From: Gemmatimonadota bacterium
Lineage (GTDB): Bacteria > Gemmatimonadota > Gemmatimonadetes > Palauibacterales > Palauibacteraceae
Assembly: GCA_046758745.1 (NCBI GenBank)
Contig: JBHIAV010000025.1
Coordinates: 1 to 42,877, forward strand
Direction: 5' to 3'
DNA: 42,877 nt
Shown: positions 9,037 to 18,509 of the stretch, one piece after another
Numbering within the stretch: position 1 is the stretch's first letter
How the letters are laid out: the number at the start of each line of letters is the position of its first letter
The notes under the pieces: model-generated
Databases searched by the model: none
What the model was told of the DNA's origin: nothing
The model's input: only the letters and a program-made list of their open reading frames with translations
Made by a program: the position numbers and the translations under genes

Positions 9037-10832
9037 GTGCGCCCGAAGCGCCGGGCGAGCTCGTCGAGGGTGAGGCGCAGGATCGTCGGACGACCGTGTA
9101 CGTCGTGTCCGGGAAGCTCGGTGGCGAAGAGCCGGTCGAACAGCTCCTCCATCTCGGCTCCGGAGAGCTGCTGGCCGGCTTTGATCGCGCCCTTGCATGC
9201 CATGCTCTTGGCGATCCGCTCGTGCTGGTTGCGCGCCGAGTCTACGAGCGGAGAGCCGTTCGCCAGCTCGTCGATCATCTCCCGGAAGCAGCGCTCCGCG
9301 TCGAAGTACGGGTGCGGGTTCGGAACCGCATGGACGATCACCGTCCGATCGCCGAACGGCTCGATCTCGAATCCGACGCGCCGCAGGAGACCGGCGAGTT
9401 CCTCGGCGGCGGTGTACTCGGCGGGAGAGAGCCGGAGCGTGAGAGGGAACAGGAGCCGCTGCGAGGCACCGGGGGCTCCAGCGAAGAGGGCCATCAGCTC
9501 CTCGTACAGCACCCGCTCGTGCGCCGAATGCTGGTCGATGATGAGGAGGCCCTGGCGGGTCGCGGCCAGGATGTAAGAGCCGTGGAGCTGCCACAGGTCC
9601 GGTCGCTCGACCGCGAGACCGGCTCCCTCGTCGGCAGCGGCCTTCTCCCCATTCGAGGTGGCGGCGGCGGAGCGGGAGACGAAGAGGGCGAGCTGGGAAG
9701 ACACTTCCGGAGCATCGGCGGGGGCGTCCGCCGCGGCGGGTGGGGGCGCTTCCCCAGGCGGCATCGCGGCTCCCCCGTGGGCTAGCGTCTCCTCCCGTCG
9801 AGCCGGCGGAGGGGGGCTCTCCCGCAGGACGGAGGGCGCGCTGATCGCTTCCCCCAGCCGCTCGCGCACGCTCTTCCTCACCGCCTCCTCCACCCGCTCG
9901 CGGGAACGGAAGCGCACTTCCGCCTTGGCCGGGTGCACGTTGACGTCCACCTCGCCCGGCGGCACGGCGAGGTACAGAAAGACGGAGGGCCGGAGCCCGG
10001 GCGCAACCGTCGTCCGGTATGCCTCGTCCGCGGCGCGGAGGAGGGCCGGGTCTCGGAAAGGGCGACCGTTCACGAACAGATACCGCCGGCCGCGCGCCGG
10101 CCGCGCCGCGGCGGGTCGCTGCACGAGGCCGGCTACCCGCACTCCCTCGTGCGACGCCTCGAGGGCGAGGAGATCCGCGGCCTCCTCCGCACCCCAGATG
10201 GCGGCGATCCGCTCGAGCGTGGCACCGGCGGGTGAAAGGTGGAGAAGCTCCCTTCCGTTCGACTCGAGGCGAAAGGCCACCGCCAGGTTGGCCAGAGCGA
10301 GGAGGACCACCTCCTTGCTCACCGAGCGCGTCTCTGCGGCGGCGGATCGCAGAAACTTCGCCCGCGCGGGGACCGTCTGAAACAGCGCGCGGACGGTGAC
10401 CGTGGTGCCGGGCCGCCTCGCGATCTCCGTGACCCTCAAGATCCGCCCCCCCGCCATGCGGATGTGAGTCCCCGGCTCGCCTCCTGCCGGCGCCGTCTCC
10501 AGGTCGAATCGGCTCACCGCCGCGATCGAGGGAAGGGCCTCCCCCCGGAACCCGAAGGAGGAGACGGCCCTCAGGTCATCCACGCTGTCGATCTTGCTGG
10601 TCGCGTGGCGGTCGATCGACAGGAGCGCGTCCTGGTGCTCCATCCCGCACCCGTCGTCCGCGACCCGGATCTCCGTCTTGCCCCCGTTTCTCAGGGCGAT
10701 CTCGACCCGGGCCGCGCCCGCATCGAGGGAGTTCTCGACCAGCTCCTTGACGACGGAGGCGGGACGCTCGACGACCTCGCCCGCCGCGATCTGGTTGGCG
10801 ACGTGGTCCGGGAGGATGCGGATCCGAGCCAC
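9033..10832 (-). CDS. mutL: DNA mismatch repair endonuclease MutL
   Basis: NQIAAGEVVERPASVVKELVENSLDAG, GFRGEAL, DVNVHPAK, DQHSAHER, ACKGAIK, HGRP. Confidence 0.97.
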   Translation of the reverse strand: MARIRILPDHVANQIAAGEVVERPASVVKELVENSLDAGAARVEIALRNGGKTEIRVADDGCGMEHQDALLSIDRHATSKIDSVDDLRAVSSFGFRGEALPSIAAVSRFDLETAPAGGEPGTHIRMAGGRILRVTEIARRPGTTVTVRALFQTVPARAKFLRSAAAETRSVSKEVVLLALANLAVAFRLESNGRELLHLSPAGATLERIAAIWGAEEAADLLALEASHEGVRVAGLVQRPAAARPARGRRYLFVNGRPFRDPALLRAADEAYRTTVAPGLRPSVFLYLAVPPGEVDVNVHPAKAEVRFRSRERVEEAVRKSVRERLGEAISAPSVLRESPPPPARREETLAHGGAAMPPGEAPPPAAADAPADAPEVSSQLALFVSRSAAATSNGEKAAADEGAGLAVERPDLWQLHGSYILAATRQGLLIIDQHSAHERVLYEELMALFAGAPGASQRLLFPLTLRLSPAEYTAAEELAGLLRRVGFEIEPFGDRTVIVHAVPNPHPYFDAERCFREMIDELANGSPLVDSARNQHERIAKSMACKGAIKAGQQLSGAEMEELFDRLFATELPGHDVHGRPTILRLTLDELARRFGRT

Positions 10833-10839
10833 GCTCCGC

Positions 10840-12102
10840 CTACAGCAGCAGCGCCCGGAGGCCGGCGAAGATGAGGGCCGCGAACAGGGCCGCCGCCGGC
10901 AGGGTGACGACCCACGAGTTGACGATCCGCCTGATGATCCGGAGGTCCAGCGCCGCCATGCCGCGGGCGAACCCGACGCCGATCACGGCCCCGACGAGAG
11001 TGTGGGTGGTGGAGACCGGCATCCCCAGCCGCGATGCGATGAGGACGGTCGTGGCAGCGCCGAACTCGGCGCTGAAGCCGCGCGTCGGCGTGAGCTCCGT
11101 GATCTTGCTCCCGATGGTCGCGATCACCTTGTACCCCCAGGTGGCGAGCCCGATCACGATCCCCACCGCACCGAGGAGGAGAATCCATCCCGGTACGGGA
11201 ACCTGTTCGGGAAGGCCACCCATGGTGGCGATCTGCACCACGGCCGCCACCGGTCCGACCGCGTTCGCCACGTCGTTGGCGCCATGCGCGAAAGCTACGT
11301 AGCAGGCCGTGCCGATCTGCAAGCGGCCGAAGATCCGCTCTACGTAGGCGAAGGGCCGGTCGGGGTCGCCGCGGGAGCGGCCGAGCATCCAGCGTCCCAC
11401 GTAGTAGCCCGTCAGGCCCGCCAGGAGCGACGCGAGCGCCACCGTCCACCAGGGCGGGTCCGGGAAAACGTTCTTCAGGGCCTTGTAGATGAAGCTGAGG
11501 ATGAGGATGAAGGACACAAGGCCGATCAGGTGCGGTCCGTACTGGCGAGTCGCGTCGGCGGGTTCCTCGCTCTGCAGGATCCAGTGCGTGACGAACAGGA
11601 ACATCGCCGCGGCCAGCGCCGCTCCGAGCAGCGGGGAGAGCACCCAGCTGGCCACGATCTTTGCCACCGTTCCCCAGGAGATCGCCCGGAAGCCGACGGC
11701 GAGGAACGCGAACCCCATCACGGCCCCCACGATCGAGTGGGTGGTCGACACGGGAAGCCCGAATGTCGTCGCGATCTGGAGCCACAGCCCGGCGGCCAGG
11801 AGGGCCGAGACCATGCCGATCATCAGCACCTTCGGTCCCTCCGGGCCGAGAACCGAGCCCTCCCCGCTGAACATCGAGGTCTCGAGGATCCCCTTGCGGA
11901 TCGTCTCCGTCACGTGCGTCCCGACCAGGGTGGCACCCAGGAACTCGAAGATGCCCGCGAGGACCACGGCCCCGGCCAGGGTGAGCGCGCCCGATCCCAC
12001 CGATGTGCCCATCGCGTTGGCCACGTCGTTGGCCCCGATGTTCCAGGCCATGTACGCGGCGGCTACCATCCCAACGAGGAGGATGACCGTGGTCGGACTC
12101 AG
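10840..12102 (-). CDS. Inorganic phosphate transporter (PiT/PHO4 family)
   Basis: Two GANDVAN signature motifs and PVSTTH twice. The first ATG is at 12069, but a CTG at 12102 behind a GGAGGT RBS restores the first TM helix. Confidence 0.92.
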   Translation of the reverse strand: MSPTTVILLVGMVAAAYMAWNIGANDVANAMGTSVGSGALTLAGAVVLAGIFEFLGATLVGTHVTETIRKGILETSMFSGEGSVLGPEGPKVLMIGMVSALLAAGLWLQIATTFGLPVSTTHSIVGAVMGFAFLAVGFRAISWGTVAKIVASWVLSPLLGAALAAAMFLFVTHWILQSEEPADATRQYGPHLIGLVSFILILSFIYKALKNVFPDPPWWTVALASLLAGLTGYYVGRWMLGRSRGDPDRPFAYVERIFGRLQIGTACYVAFAHGANDVANAVGPVAAVVQIATMGGLPEQVPVPGWILLLGAVGIVIGLATWGYKVIATIGSKITELTPTRGFSAEFGAATTVLIASRLGMPVSTTHTLVGAVIGVGFARGMAALDLRIIRRIVNSWVVTLPAAALFAALIFAGLRALLL

Positions 12103-12257
12103 CGGCGCACCTCCAGTGACCGCACCGGCCGTTCCCGTGGTCCCCGACCGGCACGGGCCGTTCTCATCTCCCGGGTCGGCGGAGCGTCCGCACGCCCGCT
12201 CGCGTCATCGGCGAGCCGGCACAGGAGGGTATCCGACCGCGTCGTTCAGGACGGCGA

Positions 12258-12932
12258 TCACCGGCGGGCGAGCATCATGCGCAGCACGTCGCCCGTGTTT
12301 TCCGCGTGGTTCGCGAGCTCCCCGATCACCTCGATGATGTGCATCCAGAGCATGATGGAGACCGGATCGATTTCGTTCTCCAGCGCGAGGAGGGTTCGCG
12401 ACACCTCACGCTGCTTCTTATCGGCCTCCCATTCCTGATCGTTCACCTCCGCGATCTTCCGCATCACCCGATCGACTTCCGGGCCGCCGAAGGAGGACTC
12501 CAGGAGCGAGGTGAGCTCGGAAGCCACCTCCACCAGCAGCTCGCTGGCGCGAACCGACCGGTCCACGAGCTCGAGGAGGAGCGGCTTGAGCGAGTCGGGA
12601 CAGGACATGCGCCTCAGCGTGAGAATGACCGCCAGATCCTCTGCCGCATCGGCGATCGCATCCTGCTCCTTGAGGTAGCGCAGCATGTCCCCGCGATCCA
12701 CGGGGAGGAAGATGGATTTCGGGAGGTGGTCTCGGATCTCGTTCTTCTGGAGATCCGCCTTGTGCTCGAGCTTGGAGATCTCCCGGTACAGCTCCTCACA
12801 GCGGTCCCAGTCGCCGGCGAGGAATGCCTCGATGAGCGGACGCACCAGCTCCACGGTCGCGTGGACGCGGTGCGTGTGCTCGACCATGGGACCGAACGGC
12901 GATTTTCCGAACAGCTCGTAGATCGTGCGCAT
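12258..12932 (-). CDS. DUF47 / TIGR00153 family PhoU-like phosphate transport regulator
   Basis: LFGKSPFGP, LEHKAD..KNEIR.HLP..FLPVDR.D, QDAIADAAED, ANHAENTGD; directly upstream of the Pit transporter. Confidence 0.9.
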   Translation of the reverse strand: MRTIYELFGKSPFGPMVEHTHRVHATVELVRPLIEAFLAGDWDRCEELYREISKLEHKADLQKNEIRDHLPKSIFLPVDRGDMLRYLKEQDAIADAAEDLAVILTLRRMSCPDSLKPLLLELVDRSVRASELLVEVASELTSLLESSFGGPEVDRVMRKIAEVNDQEWEADKKQREVSRTLLALENEIDPVSIMLWMHIIEVIGELANHAENTGDVLRMMLARR

Positions 12933-12944
12933 ATCAGCCTCGTA

Positions 12945-13718
12945 TTACCTCAGACCATACAGAACCCGCGCGTTGCGGCGTGTATAGGCCGCCACATCGG
13001 CGGCGTCCTGGCCGCGCATCGCCGCCACCGCCTCGCAGGTGAGCGGAAGGCGCGCGGGCTCGTTCCGTTTTCCCCGGAGTGGCACAGGAGACAGATACGG
13101 GCTGTCCGTCTCGATGAGCAAGCGATCCTCCGGCACCCGCCGGACCACGGAGAGGCCGCCGAAGCGCTTGAAGGTCACGATCCCCGAGAAGGAGACGAAC
13201 CAGCCCGCGTCCAATCCGGCGTCGAGCAGCGAATCTCCGCCCGTGAAACAGTGGAGCACGCCCCGCACGCTCCGGCCGCACCGGCGGATCAGCGAGGCCA
13301 TGTCCGCGTCGGCGTCGCGGGAGTGTACGACCGCCGCCTTCCCCACTGCCGCGGCGAGCTCCAGCTGGGACTCGAAGCACTCCATCTGCATGGGGCGCCG
13401 CGAGTGGTCGTAGTGAAAGTCGAGGCCGGTCTCGCCGATCGCCACGACCTCCTCCTCCCTGGCCAGGGCGCCGATCTCCTCAAGGACCGCCGGCGAGAAG
13501 GCGGAGGCTCCGTGGGGGTGGAGACCGACCGTGCACCACACCCCCTCCTCCGCACGCGCAAGCTCGAGGGCCCGTCGCGCGTCGACGGGGTCGGAGCTCA
13601 CGGTGACGAGCTCCCGCACCCCCGCCCTCCGGGCCCGCTCCAGAACCGCCGGCCGGTCGCCGTCGAAGGCCTCATCGGTGAGGTGCAGGTGGGAATCGAA
13701 GTACCGGGTACCGGTCAT
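12945..13718 (-). CDS. tatD: TatD family metal-dependent nuclease
   Basis: DSHLH, GLHPH, IGETGLD, HSR, LHCF, ETDSPYL. Confidence 0.93.
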   Translation of the reverse strand: MTGTRYFDSHLHLTDEAFDGDRPAVLERARRAGVRELVTVSSDPVDARRALELARAEEGVWCTVGLHPHGASAFSPAVLEEIGALAREEEVVAIGETGLDFHYDHSRRPMQMECFESQLELAAAVGKAAVVHSRDADADMASLIRRCGRSVRGVLHCFTGGDSLLDAGLDAGWFVSFSGIVTFKRFGGLSVVRRVPEDRLLIETDSPYLSPVPLRGKRNEPARLPLTCEAVAAMRGQDAADVAAYTRRNARVLYGLR

Positions 13719-13804
13719 CGGCCTCCACCTGCCGGCGGCGCATCAGCCGCCACGGGAACCGGTGCGCTCGAACGGGACGGCGGCCGCGCACCAGCCTACG
13801 CGGC

Positions 13805-14722
13805 CTACGCGGCGCGCCTCCTCTCCTTGGTGCCGGATCGAAGCTCGATCTCGAGCAGCACCGGAGAGGCGACCCAGATCGAGGAGAAGGTGCCGATCAG
13901 CACCCCGAGGATGAGCACCAACGCGAAGGGCCGGATCACCGGGCCGCCGAGAATGAAAAGCGCGACCAGCGTGACGAGCGTGGTGCCGCTCGTCAGCACC
14001 GTGCGGGGAAGCGTCTCATTGATGCTGCTGTTCACGATGTCCGTGTATCTGTCCTTCCGACGCTTCTTGAGATTCTCACGAATTCGGTCGAACACGACGA
14101 TCGTGTCGTTGAGCGAATATCCTATAATGGTAAGGATCGCGGCGACGGTGGCGAGAGAGATCTCCACGCTGAAGATCGAGAGGAACCCGAAGGTGACCAG
14201 GATGTCGTGGAGGGTGGCGACGATCGCCGCCACGCCGAAGCGCCATTCGAAGCGGAACGCCAGGTAGATCAGGGTGAGGGCGAACGACATCGCGAGGGCG
14301 AAGATGGCCTTCGTCTTCAGCTCGCCTCCCACCTTCGGCCCCACGGCCTCCGTACGCACCACCTCGTAACCGCTTTCCCCGAAGCGCCCGGTAAGGGCTC
14401 GCTGGATCCGAGCTCCCACGTCCTCGCCGCCCTCCTCCCCGAAGGCGGCCACACGCACGAGGAACTCGTCCGTGCCGCCGAACCGCTGTATCGCCGCCCC
14501 CGTCAGGCCGGCCGTCGAGACGGCGCTCCGCACATCCGCCACCGAGGTCGCCGATGGGAAGTGGACCTGAAAGAGAGTCCCGCCGGTGAAGTCCACCCCG
14601 AAGTCGAGCCCCTGATGCAGGGCTATGGAGATGAGGCCGGCGGCGATGAGGGCCGCCGAGAAGAGGTAGGCACGCCGGCGCGTTTCGAGAAACTCGTAGC
14701 TCGCGTTTTGAAAGAGTCGCAT
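13805..14722 (-). CDS. secF: Protein translocase subunit SecF
   Basis: GVDFTGG, VGPKVG.EL, LHDIL, IGYSLNDTIVVFDRIRE, GTFSSI. Confidence 0.97.
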   Translation of the reverse strand: MRLFQNASYEFLETRRRAYLFSAALIAAGLISIALHQGLDFGVDFTGGTLFQVHFPSATSVADVRSAVSTAGLTGAAIQRFGGTDEFLVRVAAFGEEGGEDVGARIQRALTGRFGESGYEVVRTEAVGPKVGGELKTKAIFALAMSFALTLIYLAFRFEWRFGVAAIVATLHDILVTFGFLSIFSVEISLATVAAILTIIGYSLNDTIVVFDRIRENLKKRRKDRYTDIVNSSINETLPRTVLTSGTTLVTLVALFILGGPVIRPFALVLILGVLIGTFSSIWVASPVLLEIELRSGTKERRRAA

Positions 14723-14735
14723 ATCCGTTCCGGAT

Positions 14736-16445
14736 TCAGATGCTCACTGGGTCGGATGGGGCGCGGCGCTCCAGATACATGAGGAAGAAAGTCTTGGTCA
14801 CGAAGAGCGCGGTGAAGAAGGACGCCACGATCCCGATCGACAGGGTGACGGCGAACCCCTTCACCGGACCCGTGCCGAAGTTGAAGAGGATGGCCGCAGT
14901 GATCAGGGTGGTGAGATTCGCGTCGACGATGGCCGACAGTGCCTGCTCGAACCCCGCATCCACCGCGGTCCTCGCCGTCTTCCCCACCTCGATCTCCTCG
15001 CGGATCCGTTCGAAGATCAGCACGTTGGCGTCCACCGCCATCCCCACGGAGAGGATGAGCCCGGCGATGCCGGGAAGCGTCAGCGTGGCGCCGAGCCCCG
15101 CCAGCCCTCCGAGCACGAGGAGCACATAGACGATGAGGGCGACGACGGCCATCGTCCCGGCGGCCCGGTAGTAGGCGATCATGAGCCCGAGCACGAACAC
15201 GACCCCCAGTGCGAAGGCGCGCTTCCCCTGGCGGATGGAGTCGGCCCCCAGGGACGGGCCGATGTTCCTCTCCTCGACGATCTTGATCGGCTGGGGCAGC
15301 GCGCCGGCCCGCAGCACCAGGGCCAGATCCTGCGCCTCCTGGAAGCTTGCCCCGGCGCCCAGCTCGATTTGGGCGCGGCGGCTCAGGGTGCTGCGGATCA
15401 CCGGCGCGCTCTGCACCCGTCCGTCGAGCACGATCGCCATCTGGTCTCCCACATGGCGGCTCGTCCCGCGCTCGAAGATACGGGCGCCGCGGCGCGTCAT
15501 CTCGAACGGAACGATCGGCTGGTTGAAGGTCGGGTCGCGGGTGGCCGGTCCCGCATCGGCCAGGAACTCGCCGGTCACCAGCGGCTCCGCCTCCAGCACG
15601 TACAGCTCCCGGTACGTCTCCCCTCCCTGGCCGATCGGCTCGACCCCCCAGCGTAGCTGACGGCTGCGGGGGATGAGCGAGCGCACCGCCTCCAGCTCGA
15701 GATAGCCCTCCACCGTCGGTACGTCCCGCTCGGCGATCAGGAAGACGCCGGGCGTCCCCGACTCCAGGAGCAGGCTGGTGAGCGGACGGAGCGCCCCCGG
15801 CTCCGCCCCGCCGAAGGGCACCGCCGCGGTGTCCTCTTCGGCTCGCGGCGAGGTGGGGCCGGCCTCGGCCGGGGGAGGGCCGGTGTCCGCCGGGGCAGCG
15901 GCGGTATCTGTCGCGGCGCCGACCGTGTCGGTCCCCGTCCCGAGGATCTCGGAGAGCTCGGTAGGCTCCGGGGTGACGCGGACCGGGGCCAGGTTCTCGG
16001 CCCCGATGGCCGCCACGATGGCCCGGTCGATTCGCGGGAGCGCGTCCCGAAAGCTCTGTCCGTTCGTGACGACGACGAACTCGAGAAAGGCCGAGCGCTC
16101 CACGATCTTCTTGGCACGGTCCGGATCCTCGATTCCGGCGAGCTCGACGATGATGCGCTCGTCACCGACCTTCTGAATGGTCGGCTCCCGCACCCCGAAC
16201 TCATCGATGCGGTTCCGGATCGTCGTCAGGGTACGGTCGATCGCATCCGCCCGGGCGTCGTCGGCCAGCGTGCCGTCCGGGTCATCGATCTCCACGGCCA
16301 GGTGCATCCCTCCCTGGAGGTCCAGCCCCAGATTGAGAGGCCAGATGAGCTGACCGTCCTCTCCCCGGTCAGGCCACAGCGAAACGACGCACAGAACGAT
16401 CAGCCCGAGAATGACCAGCAAACGATTCCTGACGCTACGCGACAT
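14736..16445 (-). CDS. secD: Protein translocase subunit SecD
   Basis: LGLDLQGG, RNRIDEFGV.EP, LRAGALP, GPSLG.DSI, GMAVDANVLIFERIREE. Confidence 0.97.
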   Translation of the reverse strand: MSRSVRNRLLVILGLIVLCVVSLWPDRGEDGQLIWPLNLGLDLQGGMHLAVEIDDPDGTLADDARADAIDRTLTTIRNRIDEFGVREPTIQKVGDERIIVELAGIEDPDRAKKIVERSAFLEFVVVTNGQSFRDALPRIDRAIVAAIGAENLAPVRVTPEPTELSEILGTGTDTVGAATDTAAAPADTGPPPAEAGPTSPRAEEDTAAVPFGGAEPGALRPLTSLLLESGTPGVFLIAERDVPTVEGYLELEAVRSLIPRSRQLRWGVEPIGQGGETYRELYVLEAEPLVTGEFLADAGPATRDPTFNQPIVPFEMTRRGARIFERGTSRHVGDQMAIVLDGRVQSAPVIRSTLSRRAQIELGAGASFQEAQDLALVLRAGALPQPIKIVEERNIGPSLGADSIRQGKRAFALGVVFVLGLMIAYYRAAGTMAVVALIVYVLLVLGGLAGLGATLTLPGIAGLILSVGMAVDANVLIFERIREEIEVGKTARTAVDAGFEQALSAIVDANLTTLITAAILFNFGTGPVKGFAVTLSIGIVASFFTALFVTKTFFLMYLERRAPSDPVSI

Positions 16446-16614
16446 GTGGACGAAAGACCCTCCGATTCGCTATGCCTCGAAGGCCCCGGTATGGGCCGGT
16501 TTGTCGACGAGCACGACACTAGCGGCGGCCTCGGACCCGCGAAAGGGGCGGGAATGCCGGCTGCGGCGAAGCCGGCTCCGACGGCGCGGGAAGCGGGGCG
16601 TCAGGGAAGTGCGT

Positions 16615-17859
16615 TCAGCGGCTCCGGCGGCCCCGCGTGAGACGGGAGCGCGGCGCATCGTCCCCTTCCCCCACCGAGGCGAGCGCGGCATCCGGCGGCG
16701 TGACGGAGGGCTCGAAGCCGGGGACCGATGCGCGCCTGATGGGCTCGCCGGTCAGCGCCTCGATCTCTCGAACGAGCAGCCACTCGTGGGGAGACATCAG
16801 GGTGATGGCGTCGCCCGTCTGCTCCGCCCGCGCCGTGCGGCCGACTCGATGCACGTAGTCCTTCGGGTCGTCAGGAACGTCGAAGTTGATCACGTGGGTG
16901 ATTCCCTCGATGTCGAGCCCTCGGGCGGCCACGTTGGTGGCCACCAGGACTCGGGTGCCTCCCTCCCGGAAGCGGCGCAGGCTTTCCGTCCGCTCCCCCT
17001 GGGACTTGTCCCCGTGCAGATCGTCCACCGACTGCCCGCGGGAACGGAGAGAACCGCTCAGGTACGCCGCCGTGTCCTTCATACGTGTGAATACGAGGAC
17101 CTGCCCCTCCGTTCGCTCGAGGAGACGGAGCAGAAGGTTGTGCTTCTCGGCGTAGTCGACCGGGTGGATCACCTCCCGCACTCCGTCCGCGCTCGTCTGG
17201 AGTCCGACCTGAACGCGCACCGGCTCGCGCATCATCTCGTGCGCTAGGGCGAGGATCGGGTCGGGCATGGTAGCGGAAAAGAGCAGGGTCTGCCGGGTCG
17301 ACGGCGTAGCTCGAACGATCCGCCGCACATCTTCGATGAAGCCCATATCCAGCATGCGGTCGGCCTCGTCCAACACGAGCACCTCGACCGAATGGAGGTC
17401 CACCGTCCCCCGGCCGAGGTGGTCGAGGAGACGACCGGGCGTGGCGACGAGCACGTCGCACCCCCACTTGAGGTCCCGGATCTGGGCCCCGATCGGAACC
17501 CCTCCGTACACGACGAGCGTCTCGATCGACAGGGTGGTCCCGTACGTTGCCACCATGCGCTCGACCTGATCGGCGAGCTCCCGCGTGGGCGTCAGGATCA
17601 GACAGCGCAGGACCCCGTGGGCGTCCGGCGCTTCGCCCAGCCGCTGGAGCAACGGGAGAACGAACGCGGCCGTCTTGCCCGTCCCCGTCTGGGCACAACC
17701 CAGGATGTCCTGTCCCGCCAGAGCCGGCGGGATCGCCTCTCGCTGGATCGGCGTCGGGACCTCGTAGCCCTGTCGCCGCACAGCCTCCAGCAGGGAGCCC
17801 GAGAGGCCTAGCGCATCGAAGGTGGGCAGATCCTCCTCGACCACGGCGTCACAGCTCAT
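16615..17859 (-). CDS. DEAD-box ATP-dependent RNA helicase (RhlE-like)
   Basis: Q motif PTPIQ, AQTGTGKT, PTRELA, TPGRL, DEAD, SAT, ARGLDI, YVHRVGRTAR; start uncertain (ATG at 17859 chosen; frame open to 17961). Confidence 0.93.
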   Translation of the reverse strand: MSCDAVVEEDLPTFDALGLSGSLLEAVRRQGYEVPTPIQREAIPPALAGQDILGCAQTGTGKTAAFVLPLLQRLGEAPDAHGVLRCLILTPTRELADQVERMVATYGTTLSIETLVVYGGVPIGAQIRDLKWGCDVLVATPGRLLDHLGRGTVDLHSVEVLVLDEADRMLDMGFIEDVRRIVRATPSTRQTLLFSATMPDPILALAHEMMREPVRVQVGLQTSADGVREVIHPVDYAEKHNLLLRLLERTEGQVLVFTRMKDTAAYLSGSLRSRGQSVDDLHGDKSQGERTESLRRFREGGTRVLVATNVAARGLDIEGITHVINFDVPDDPKDYVHRVGRTARAEQTGDAITLMSPHEWLLVREIEALTGEPIRRASVPGFEPSVTPPDAALASVGEGDDAPRSRLTRGRRSR

Positions 17860-18509
17860 GAGCCGGTCGTCGACCGGGCTGCACAGAGGACCTTCGCGTC
17901 TCATCTCTTTTCGCTTCATACAATCCGCTTCATACGATTTTTCGGCTTCATACAAACTCAAGGCCCGCCAAAACCAGCGCGGGCCGTGTCCTCAGCTGAT
18001 CCTATCACCGGCTCGCCCGGCCGAGGGTCGCCCCGAGGTCGCGTCCCTCGGAGCGGACCGAACGTGGGCGAGAGAAGGCGACTCTGCTACCAAGAATAGG
18101 GGAGGTGGTTCCCTCGGCGCGACTCCCCGTGCCGGGTGCCCCCCCCGCGTCAGGCGGCGGCCCCCCGGGGCTGCGTCCCCAAGCGAGCGGCGGGAACCGC
18201 CCCACCGAGCCGCCTCCCCACGGGCCAGCGACGGGCCCCTCCGTGCGGCAGGACATGCGCCGCCAGGGCGCTTCACGAAGACCCAGGCCTCCGGCCTGAT
18301 CCCCGGGCGCTCCGGTGGCTGTGGCCTCGGGCCCTGCGCCCGCGTAGCATGCCTGTCGTCGCGTTCGTCCTTCGCGCCCGCACCCACCGACGCCGGGAAC
18401 ATGCCGGACGGCCGGTGGCATTTCGCCCCTCGGGAGCCACTGCCGTACAGCGCCGGAGCCGCGCCCGGGGCGGCAGGAACCGCCACGCACCGGACCGCGA
18501 GGATCAGCC

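Noticed and set aside
18099-18330. TPP riboswitch upstream of the ThDP enzyme
   Set aside because: A CCTGAT is present, but the conserved CTGAGA element and expected spacing are not.
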